Positions 56,152 to 64,000 of a stretch of DNA of 64,000 nucleotides are shown here, in pieces. How positions within the stretch are numbered: position 1 is the first letter of the stretch; each line of letters starts with the position of its first letter. Source of the stretch: Oligoflexia bacterium (GTDB lineage: Bacteria > Bdellovibrionota > Bdellovibrionia > Bdellovibrionales > Bdellovibrionaceae); NCBI GenBank assembly GCA_016861345.1, contig BOLD01000004.1:146177-210176 (forward strand), written 5' to 3'. Made by a program: the position numbers and the translations under genes. The notes below the pieces were generated by a model. It was not told the origin of the DNA and ran no database searches. It saw only the letters and a program-made list of their open reading frames with translations.

Positions 56152-59100
56152 ATGAAAAAGATGGTTTTTTCGGTGTTGTTGTTGGTTGGCGCTCTTGCTC
56201 AAGCTATTAATTTACCGAGCAGTTCTTATGACGACTATGATCGGGAACGGTACGAAGAAATCCTTCGGCGGACTGATGATGAAATGGCTCGGGCGGGTAA
56301 CGAATTACGTCAGTCTGAAGAAAATCTTCGACAGGCTGCGGACCGGGAAAATCGTCTTCGTTATGAATATGATCGAACAGCCAGGGACCTGCAGGACTCA
56401 AGACAGCGAGAAGTGGAAATTATCGAAGCTCAGCGCCAGAATGCCCAGCGAATCCAAGAAATTGCAAAAAGAATAGAAGAAGATAACCGTCGAATTACTG
56501 AACTTGAAAAGCAAGTTCAGGATGAAAAAACAAGCGTTGATCGTTTGAAATCAATTGCTGATGGATTAAAGGGACCTATGGATGCGGCACAAGCCGAGGT
56601 CGTAGCTCAGCAACAAAAGGTTCAAAAGCTGCAGCAAGATTTAGCGGCAGCGCAGCCTCCACAAAAGCCAGCAATTCAAGAAGAGCTGAATCGAGCTAAT
56701 GCTGAACTGGCAACGCTCACTCAGCGCCGAGATCAAGCAAAGCAAAGATTTGATGGAGCGGTTCAGGAGCAAAAGCGAGCCGAGGACCGATTGCGTACGG
56801 CTCAGCAAAATTTGGCCGCTCAAAAGACAGAGCTCGAAAAGCGACGTCAGAGTTTAGCTCAAGCTCAACAGCGAGAAAGAGAGCTGGCTCAAAATCTTCA
56901 AAATAATCGCCAGCGCATGAATGATTTAAATAATCTGCTCGGTCGCCTAGATCGAGATTTAAGATATGCAATTTCAGAGACTCGACAAAGAACATACGAA
57001 CGAGATCAGTCTTTAAGTTACTTTGAGCGTCGGCGCGCAGATCGAGATCAGGCTAAAAATCGATTGGATCAAGTGGATTATAATATTGATCTGGCTAGAC
57101 GAGAGCTCGAGGCCATGGCCACTGCAAATGCCTCTTCTGATGGTGACCGAGAAGGTCGCGAAATCGGGCGCGAGCGGGGCTTGCGAGATGGGCAACGAAA
57201 TGGTCAGACAGATGGAAATGCGGCAGGAACAAATGCAGGTAAAGATCGCGATTATGACCGTGGAATGATGAAGGGCCTATCGGATGCCCAGGCCGAAGCC
57301 GCTAATCCGAAATTCTTTGATGTTCCAGCAGAGGGCAGAGCTTACGATCGTGGAGCCAAAGATGGATTTGCCTTTGGTTATCAAACAGGAACAAACAAGG
57401 CAAAATATCAAGAGGGCCGAAAAGAGGGAGAAGCCAATGGTTTAGCCCAGGCAAGACAAGATGCTTTACCTCAAGATGGTTTGGGATATCAAAACCGTGA
57501 GAATTTTTATTTAAACCAACCGCTAAAACAAGTTTCTCTGGGCGAGGCCCAGCCTTTGGCAAAAGGATTTAACGGAGTTCAAGGTAAAAATTCAACGTCT
57601 GGCGATGATCGATATTACAACCCTCGCCCAGGTTCATTGCCACACCCAAGACTAACCGCGTTTTACAATCAAAAATATGACTCTGTTTACCGTGATCAGT
57701 TAGAGGCCATCTATAAGACAACGTATGACATTGTTTATAAAGAGACTTACGCAGCAAACTATAAATCTGCCTATGACCAAGCTTATGCACAGAATTATCA
57801 ACAGTCTTATGATTTGGGATACAAAAAAGCTTACCGCGGGTTTACAGATGGAAACGCAGCTGGAAGCCGCAAAAAAGGCTATGACGAAGGTTTCAAGTTT
57901 GCCTACGACACAAATATTGAGAACGAGAAAAAACTCGCTTACCAGCGTGGAGTGAGCCGAGCTGATGAGCTTTACACAAAGAATGCTGTCATCAAAGTTG
58001 TGGGCATGGATATTCGTGAAATGAATCGGGATGGAATTTATCGCCCAGGTGAAACAGTTCAGGTTGTTTATCTGATCAAAAATTTTGGTTTAGTTGGAAA
58101 GTCTGATCTGACTTCAGTTGTTTCTTCTGTGAATAATACCGGCACAGTTGTCGAGGCTCGGGCACAAGTTCCAGCCCTGCCTCCGCAGTCAGAGGCCACA
58201 ATCACAGGTCGCCAACAGGTTCAAATCATTGGCGCGGCGGAAGAGGGCGACACTCTTCAGGTTCAATTTAAGCTAGAGGACTCAAAACAACTTGTGGCTC
58301 AAAAGGGCTTTGAAAAAACAGTTCAAATGCCAACAGTCATTCAGCTTGTGGATTTTGACGGCGTGGTGATTCCGCAGGAAAAAACAATCGTGAAAGTGAA
58401 AGCGACAAATCGATCGCAGTCAGTTCAAAATTTAACTGTGGATATGATTGTGGATCCAACAAAGATCTCTTTGCCCGCAACAAGACAGCAAGTTGTTGCG
58501 CTGAATGCGGGTGAGTCCCGAACTTTGAGCTTTGAAATGAGTGGTCAGGCAGAGGCTAGATTTCAAGAAAGTGAGATCTCTGTCCGTGCAGATCAGGGTG
58601 CAGACCAGTATGGAAAGCTTAAGCAAAAAGTCACCATCATTTCTCGTCACAAGCCAACTCCAGATGGCCGAGGCCTAATCTTAAGTGCGAACTTAGCTCG
58701 TGGCGGTGGAAAGTCCCTTTATGCCTTTGGCAAATTTGACACGTGGGATTTGCGCGTTGATGGCGTTATCTCAGCAGAAAAGCTTAACGTCTATAAGGGA
58801 AAAATTGTTCACGTCATGGCTGATGCTTCGGCCGCAATTGATGCGGCCTCTGCACAAAGCCTAAGTGCTTTTGTGCAATCAGGTGGGCAAGTGATCATTT
58901 GGGGATCTGAGCTTCAAGATTCAAGTTTGTTTGCAAGCTTGCAGTCAATGTCTCAGGTTAAAGCTCAAAGAAGTGGGAACGTGAATACTGATCTGAATGG
59001 CCAATTGCAATTAGCGGGATTAAAGATCAGCGTGAAGACAGCCGCGACGCTTGAGCTTCTGGGTCGAAAATCAAAAGCCGTTTTGACAAGCCAGTTCGGA

Positions 59101-59604
59101 ACGACAGGGGCTTCGTCATACATGAGTGGATTAGCGGATCGAGTTGGTCGCGTGTACACAGTGGCGGCAAATACCTCTGACCTAACAATGCAATCACTGC
59201 AGCAGCTGGAAACGCTAGTGAATGACATGGGTCGATCTTATGATGAAAAACTAGAGATGGCTAAATCAGATACAAAATATTTAAAGCTTGTGATGATGGA
59301 AATGCAGGAGGAAATTTTAACTGCAGAGCTTGAAAGCTCAAACCATTATGACAACAACCGAAAATCAAATAAGATCACAAAGGCAGTTCTCAAATTCATT
59401 AAGGATGCGGGTCGCAAATCTGAAATCGCAAAGCAATTTGCGAAGACATATCCAGGGATGATGGATTATATTGAGTCCATGAAAAAGGTTTGGAGTTCGG
59501 CAACACGGGCCTCGGATTACACTTCTGGATTTATGCCGTCGTGGAAAAATATGTTCTGCGAACAAGAGTCCTTCCATCAGCGCTGCCAAAATATGGGAGG
59601 CTAA
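56152..59604 (+). CDS. Large secreted coiled-coil / Tyr-repeat protein (unknown function)
   Basis: GGGAG SD and the signal peptide MKKMVFSVLLLVGALAQA. About 330 aa of Gln/Arg/Glu-rich heptad-like sequence come next. A Y-x3-Y repeat zone follows (YKTTYDIVYKETYAANYKSAYDQAYAQNYQQSYDLGYKKAY), then a beta-rich C-terminal half. Confidence 0.75.
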   Translation: MKKMVFSVLLLVGALAQAINLPSSSYDDYDRERYEEILRRTDDEMARAGNELRQSEENLRQAADRENRLRYEYDRTARDLQDSRQREVEIIEAQRQNAQRIQEIAKRIEEDNRRITELEKQVQDEKTSVDRLKSIADGLKGPMDAAQAEVVAQQQKVQKLQQDLAAAQPPQKPAIQEELNRANAELATLTQRRDQAKQRFDGAVQEQKRAEDRLRTAQQNLAAQKTELEKRRQSLAQAQQRERELAQNLQNNRQRMNDLNNLLGRLDRDLRYAISETRQRTYERDQSLSYFERRRADRDQAKNRLDQVDYNIDLARRELEAMATANASSDGDREGREIGRERGLRDGQRNGQTDGNAAGTNAGKDRDYDRGMMKGLSDAQAEAANPKFFDVPAEGRAYDRGAKDGFAFGYQTGTNKAKYQEGRKEGEANGLAQARQDALPQDGLGYQNRENFYLNQPLKQVSLGEAQPLAKGFNGVQGKNSTSGDDRYYNPRPGSLPHPRLTAFYNQKYDSVYRDQLEAIYKTTYDIVYKETYAANYKSAYDQAYAQNYQQSYDLGYKKAYRGFTDGNAAGSRKKGYDEGFKFAYDTNIENEKKLAYQRGVSRADELYTKNAVIKVVGMDIREMNRDGIYRPGETVQVVYLIKNFGLVGKSDLTSVVSSVNNTGTVVEARAQVPALPPQSEATITGRQQVQIIGAAEEGDTLQVQFKLEDSKQLVAQKGFEKTVQMPTVIQLVDFDGVVIPQEKTIVKVKATNRSQSVQNLTVDMIVDPTKISLPATRQQVVALNAGESRTLSFEMSGQAEARFQESEISVRADQGADQYGKLKQKVTIISRHKPTPDGRGLILSANLARGGGKSLYAFGKFDTWDLRVDGVISAEKLNVYKGKIVHVMADASAAIDAASAQSLSAFVQSGGQVIIWGSELQDSSLFASLQSMSQVKAQRSGNVNTDLNGQLQLAGLKISVKTAATLELLGRKSKAVLTSQFGTTGASSYMSGLADRVGRVYTVAANTSDLTMQSLQQLETLVNDMGRSYDEKLEMAKSDTKYLKLVMMEMQEEILTAELESSNHYDNNRKSNKITKAVLKFIKDAGRKSEIAKQFAKTYPGMMDYIESMKKVWSSATRASDYTSGFMPSWKNMFCEQESFHQRCQNMGG

Positions 59605-59606
59605 TT

Positions 59607-60263
59607 GTGATCTTTCGACAAGTGCAACTGATCGCCCTGTTCGTGATGTTTACGGCAGGGCCTGCACTTGCCAAATCGCCCATAGTCATCGGGGTTCTCG
59701 ATACGGGCCCCGGTAGTTCTCACGAAAAAGAAGTCACACAAGAAATTCGCAAAGCTTGGGCGACCTGTAAGACCTGTCAAATTAAAACATTTCCCATCTA
59801 TAAACCGGACGGAATGCTCTATGAAGAGCAAATGCTAAAATCCTTAGATCAAGCAGCAAAAGAGTCCACATTCTTGCATTTAAGTTGGAACACAGAATAC
59901 ACGGCTGCGTACTCGAGAATTGTTTCAAAATTAAATCAGATTGCAGAATCTGGAAAACTCATTGTTGCTTCAGTTGGCGCCCCCGAGGGAAATAAAATCA
60001 GAGGCCAAATTCAAAACACAGTCATGGGCAAAGTAAAACTCGCGATTCTCATTGGCGAGCTCAATGAGAAAAATGTCTTGGCTTTTAACACCTATGAGGG
60101 CCCAGAGATGTACAAAGCCCTTCATCCCCCCAGGGGAAAGCGGGGGAGTAGCTTCTCAGCCGCTGTTTTCTCAGGGCGGTTGGCACTCTTGCTTGAGCAG
60201 AATCCAAAAAAGAAGCCTGTGGAATTGCTTTCGCAAGTTAGAGACGAATCTCCCCCCAACTGA
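59607..60263 (+). CDS. Small S8 (subtilisin)-like peptidase homologue
   Basis: A GTG start lies 6 nt after GGGAGG and 2 nt after the upstream stop. A signal peptide is present. It has IVIGVLDTG (Asp motif) and GSSFSAAVFSGRLALLL (Ser motif), but the product is only 218 aa. Confidence 0.5.
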   Translation: MIFRQVQLIALFVMFTAGPALAKSPIVIGVLDTGPGSSHEKEVTQEIRKAWATCKTCQIKTFPIYKPDGMLYEEQMLKSLDQAAKESTFLHLSWNTEYTAAYSRIVSKLNQIAESGKLIVASVGAPEGNKIRGQIQNTVMGKVKLAILIGELNEKNVLAFNTYEGPEMYKALHPPRGKRGSSFSAAVFSGRLALLLEQNPKKKPVELLSQVRDESPPN

Positions 60264-60323
60264 TTAAATCAGATCTGATGTCCGAATCCGGTCGGTGTCG
60301 ATTTAAACGGCCAGTGTTGGGTC

Positions 60324-61493
60324 TTAAGCCTGGGTCTCAGACTCTGACTCTGATGCCATCTGCCCTGTGTCCACTTGTACGCCAAGTGGGTTACAGCCCA
60401 GAGCACTCGTGATCATCTCTGCCTGTAAAAGTGCGCCGAGAAGATTTTTTTGCGTGTGCATTTGCGACGATCCCACCCACAAGTTTGGATAAGCTGGTAA
60501 AGATTGGTTTGCGCTCAGTTTGATGTCACCGTTGCCGCCAAAAGATGGAACAACAAGAATTCTCTCTGATTTGATGTTATCAAGAGCATTTGGATAAGCG
60601 CGCTTGATTTGACGTTTCATTTTTTTCAGCAGGTGGCCAACATTTTCTGTGTCCTCTGCGTCTTCGTCGTTAACAAAAGAAATCCATTGGGAATACTGAA
60701 GAGCTTGGTCGTTGACCTCTACAGACGGAAGAAACTTTCCCGCACAGGGGCCGATCTCATCTTGAGTTGTTCCGTTCAGAACGTGAACAGCTTCCGAATC
60801 AGTCACTTTGCCTTGGTGAAGGATATCCAAGCAGACAGCTGTCCAATATTCTGATTTCGACATTTTTTGTCTTGCCCGATAGGAAAGCCCGTCTTCTGGT
60901 AAGAGGAGGTGAAGACTTTTCACCGGCCCACAATAAATGAAATTCAGAGCATTGATTTGCTTCTGACCGTTAATGGTCGTGGATTTAATAACTCCATCAG
61001 CCCCGTGGAATTTTGTCACATAAGAGCGTGGAGAAAAATCTCCGCTGTAGTGATTAAAGAGCAGTTGGGTCCACTCGTGTGGTTCAATGTGGAACTTGAG
61101 CTGCTTGGGCGAAAAGAAATAAGAAAGTTCATCATAAAATGCAGGTGGATTTTCACCAAAACCAACAAAAGGTTTCAGCGCACCGCTGTCGAAAGTGACC
61201 GGCGGGCAATCAATCTCTTGGGGTTGAACATTTGTCATCATCAGCATTTCTAAAAACGCGATAGCTTTATGAGAAAGCTCAGTGCTGGGCATTGTGCGAA
61301 TGCCGTTATTTACCGGTCCAAATGGAGTCATTAGGCTTCGGTTATGACCGCCAAAGGTGTCTGCGCTATCAACGAGAAGAATGTTTGAAGTCTCTTTGTT
61401 GAGAGCCGCTGCAATTGCGAGGCCTGATAGACCGCTGCCAATGATAACGTAGTCGTAAACGTGCTGTGATGATCTTTTAACTTGGTTTTGCAT
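60324..61493 (-). CDS. FAD/NAD(P)-binding oxidoreductase (amine-oxidase/desaturase-like)
   Basis: YDYVIIGSGLSGLAIAAAL dinucleotide-binding motif near the chosen Met at 61493. Confidence 0.75.
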   Translation of the reverse strand: MQNQVKRSSQHVYDYVIIGSGLSGLAIAAALNKETSNILLVDSADTFGGHNRSLMTPFGPVNNGIRTMPSTELSHKAIAFLEMLMMTNVQPQEIDCPPVTFDSGALKPFVGFGENPPAFYDELSYFFSPKQLKFHIEPHEWTQLLFNHYSGDFSPRSYVTKFHGADGVIKSTTINGQKQINALNFIYCGPVKSLHLLLPEDGLSYRARQKMSKSEYWTAVCLDILHQGKVTDSEAVHVLNGTTQDEIGPCAGKFLPSVEVNDQALQYSQWISFVNDEDAEDTENVGHLLKKMKRQIKRAYPNALDNIKSERILVVPSFGGNGDIKLSANQSLPAYPNLWVGSSQMHTQKNLLGALLQAEMITSALGCNPLGVQVDTGQMASESESETQA

Positions 61494-61539
61494 GGAAAAA
61501 GAATCACGAGACCTGGGTTTAATTGCAAGATCAAAGAAG

Positions 61540-62382
61540 CTATTGACGAAGAGCGCGATCAATAAATAGGCGTAATGCTGTTCTGATTGGTGCTTTTAAA
61601 AAGGGCAGACGATCCATCAGTGCTGCAATTGGTGGTGAAAATCGATAATAGAGTTTGACAAAAAGACATCCCATTGGGGTTTTTTCAAGAGTTCGATCTC
61701 TCCAATCCTGGAGAATAAGGACTTCTTGTGCAAAGGGGTTGTCAAAGGCTGCGGTCGCGATAAAGCATCGCCCCTTACTGTCAGAGGCCATTTTTAAAAA
61801 CTGTTTAAAGACAGCCGGATTTCGTGCCGACTTTGAAAAGGATTCTGCTTTACGTAAAATGTCTGGGTAAATTGGGGTGAATCTTAAAAACTGAGTCAAT
61901 TTCTTTGCCGCTAGTGCCTGACGCTCTCCATATTTTTCGCTAGTATCATAGATGCGAAGCAGATCCCAGTACACGCTGGCCACAACAGTCAGCTCTTGAG
62001 TGCGTGCAGAGTCTTTGAACATTTCTGGAGACAGTTCGCCAGGCTTGGCTTCAAAGACCATTTCTAAAACTTTGATGTATTTTTCGTATTGAACGGCAGC
62101 ATCTGAAAAGGCCTTCTCAGTCATACACTGACGGGCCTTTTTGATAAGATTCACGCGGCTTTTCCAGAGCATTAATTTTTTTTGCTCTTTTGCTTTTTCT
62201 TTCGCAAGAAGTATGGAGCCTCGCCCGATTGATCCTGCGAGCTGGGTAAAGCAGCTCATGCACACCTGTGGCGGTACACTTTGAGCAATGCCAGACTCTG
62301 CAATTTTTGCCGCAAGTGCAGAATCTATTGCCTGAAGCTCTTCAACTTTTTTCCCACAATTGGGACACTGTAATTCACCCAC
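61540..62382 (-). CDS. Hypothetical protein with an N-terminal zinc ribbon and a C-terminal CFIATAAF module
   Basis: CPNCGKK ... CMSC pairs form the ribbon. The C-terminus is GRCFIATAAFDNPFAQEVLILQDWRDRTL followed by hydrophobic segments. Confidence 0.6.
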   Translation of the reverse strand: MGELQCPNCGKKVEELQAIDSALAAKIAESGIAQSVPPQVCMSCFTQLAGSIGRGSILLAKEKAKEQKKLMLWKSRVNLIKKARQCMTEKAFSDAAVQYEKYIKVLEMVFEAKPGELSPEMFKDSARTQELTVVASVYWDLLRIYDTSEKYGERQALAAKKLTQFLRFTPIYPDILRKAESFSKSARNPAVFKQFLKMASDSKGRCFIATAAFDNPFAQEVLILQDWRDRTLEKTPMGCLFVKLYYRFSPPIAALMDRLPFLKAPIRTALRLFIDRALRQ

Positions 62383-62395
62383 TTTTTATATCTTC

Positions 62396-64000
62396 TTAAA
62401 GAAGATGGATGGGGTCAACATCGGCACTTAATCTTATACCAGACGGGACCCAGGACTCATCACCAAAAAGCTGGCGACAGAACTGGTTGATGATACGAGA
62501 CTCTAGACCTTTGAGCAGGATGTGGTAGCGATGCTGCCCTCTAAGTTTACTTAAGGGGGCCTCTGCAGGCCCGAGCACCTCAATATTTTCATAAACATTG
62601 TACTGTCGGACAAGTTGTTGGCCTCGCTGGGAGCAGAGGCGAGAGGTCTCTTGAACCTTCGAAAGAGAGGTTCCTTGGATGCGAATAGAGATTAATTTGC
62701 CAATGGGGGGGTAGTTCAAAACCTGGCGATGTTCGAGCTCCATTGAAGCAAATCCGCGAAAATCAGCATGCTGGGCAAACAATAAACTCGGATGGTCGGG
62801 ATTATACGTTTGGACGATCACCTGTCCTGGGCGCTCCCCAACTTTTATATGTCGACCGGCACGGCCACTGACTTGGGTGATGAGCTGAAAGCTGCGCTCA
62901 GTGGCACGAAAGTCAGGAAGATTAAATCCCACATCGACAAGAATCAAACCAACAAGAGTTAAGTGAGGAAAATCGAGTCCTTTGGCAATCATCTGAGTGC
63001 CGATGAGGATATCGATTTCTTTTGTCTCCATTTGCTCAATGAGCTCTTCAAGATCTGCTCGATTTGTGATTTCATCGCGATCAGCACGGGCAATTTTAGC
63101 CTCAGGAAAAAGCCTTTGAATTTCTGTTTCTAGCTGTTCTGTTCCCAGGCCAACAGAGGACAGGTGCCCCTCTTTACAGTCGGGGCAATGATCTTTCATC
63201 GTTTCATGATAATCACAATAGTGGCAGACAAGATGGTTTTTTCCATGAAGAGTGAGGCTGATGTCACAGTTTGGGCACTCGTGAACAAAGCCGCAATCTT
63301 GACAAATCACCAGCGGAGCCATGCCCCGACGATTGAGAAAAAGCGCCACTTGCTCTTTGCGCTCAAGCGTTTCTTGAATTTGATCAGCCAGCTCTTGGCT
63401 GAGCCAGTGAGGCAATGATTTATTTTTATTTTCATTCGCCTTCAGGTCGATAATTCGAACCTCTGGCAAGGACCGATCCTCCACACGCTTTTTCATTTCG
63501 TGCAGATGAAATCGTCCCTCAAGCGCATTTCGCCAGGATTCAAGACTGGGGGTTGCAGAGCCCAGAATAATGGGACAACCCACAAGCTTTGCCAGCATAA
63601 TGGCAGCGTCTCGGCCATGATATTTTAATTTTTCATCTTGTTTGTACGAAGGCTCATGCTCTTCATCGACAATAATGAGTCCCAGATTTTGAACAGGGCA
63701 AAAAAGTGCTGAGCGCGCGCCAATGAGAATATCTTTTCTTCCTTCGACAATATCCCACCACTGATTGGTGCGCTCGCGGTCTGTGAGCTGAGAGTGTAAA
63801 ACGGCAATGCGATTTCCAAATCGAGCCGCGAATCTTTGTATGAGCTGAGGAGTGAGTGAGATTTCAGGCACAAGCACAAGTCCTCGCTTGCCCTCATTCA
63901 AAGTTTTATCAAGAAGTTGAAGGTAGACTTCAGTTTTTCCTGAGCCCGTGACTCCAAAAAGAAGATGCGTCGAGAAGCCTTTTTGCTCACTTATTTTGTT
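62396..64000 (-). CDS. priA: Primosomal protein N' (PriA helicase), N-terminus beyond window edge
   Basis: The frame stays open upstream of the listed TTG at 63901 and encodes Walker A GVTGSGKT at 63935-63955. It also has DEEH, the Cys-rich insertion (CQDCG..CPNCD..CHYC..CPDC) and the helicase C domain. Confidence 0.93.
   Translation of the reverse strand, partial: NKISEQKGFSTHLLFGVTGSGKTEVYLQLLDKTLNEGKRGLVLVPEISLTPQLIQRFAARFGNRIAVLHSQLTDRERTNQWWDIVEGRKDILIGARSALFCPVQNLGLIIVDEEHEPSYKQDEKLKYHGRDAAIMLAKLVGCPIILGSATPSLESWRNALEGRFHLHEMKKRVEDRSLPEVRIIDLKANENKNKSLPHWLSQELADQIQETLERKEQVALFLNRRGMAPLVICQDCGFVHECPNCDISLTLHGKNHLVCHYCDYHETMKDHCPDCKEGHLSSVGLGTEQLETEIQRLFPEAKIARADRDEITNRADLEELIEQMETKEIDILIGTQMIAKGLDFPHLTLVGLILVDVGFNLPDFRATERSFQLITQVSGRAGRHIKVGERPGQVIVQTYNPDHPSLLFAQHADFRGFASMELEHRQVLNYPPIGKLISIRIQGTSLSKVQETSRLCSQRGQQLVRQYNVYENIEVLGPAEAPLSKLRGQHRYHILLKGLESRIINQFCRQLFGDESWVPSGIRLSADVDPIHLL

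Overview
This 64-kb window comes from a moderate/low G+C Gram-negative genome. It is probably a Bdellovibrio-like predator, inferred from a Bd0055-type bacterial histone-fold gene and the overall gene content. Most of it is ordinary core chromosome. Left core (1-28.2 kb): a metallophosphoesterase, the histone-fold gene, ligA, a four-gene sensor kinase / alpha-beta hydrolase / His-rich protein / GMC oxidoreductase operon, gatCAB, a Ppx/GppA phosphatase, rho with a long low-complexity N-terminal extension, rpmE-prfA-prmC-murA, a GYF+TPR protein, serS and tRNA-Ser(UGA). Right core (43.6-64 kb): fumC, the conserved rpsB-tsf-pyrH-frr-uppS-cdsA-rseP-tsaB cluster continuing into a MinD/ParA-like gene, a J-like/HTH gene and rluD, then a 1150-aa secreted coiled-coil protein, a small S8-like peptidase and priA (cut by the window edge). 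Between tRNA-Ser and fumC (~28.2-43.5 kb) sits an accessory island. It starts with a large serine recombinase whose ORF runs antisense through the tRNA. It also carries a second small serine recombinase and many HTH/wHTH/RHH regulators. The island holds three candidate conflict/defence modules: (a) a 493-aa protein with a C-terminal RNxxxH HEPN-type motif plus a small upstream partner; (b) an RHH protein tightly linked to a 279-aa protein with a nucleoside-2-deoxyribosyltransferase/TIR-like Rossmannoid C-terminal domain, behind an array of four alternating operator half-sites; (c) an unknown 226-aa protein translationally coupled to an XRE-HTH/ImmA-IrrE metallopeptidase fusion, a cassette bracketed by imperfect direct repeats seeded by an exact 12-mer. 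A translationally coupled operon of lipoproteins and secreted proteins is also present. I found no rRNA, CRISPR array or IS transposase. All family assignments rest on motifs read by eye and need HMM or structure searches to confirm.
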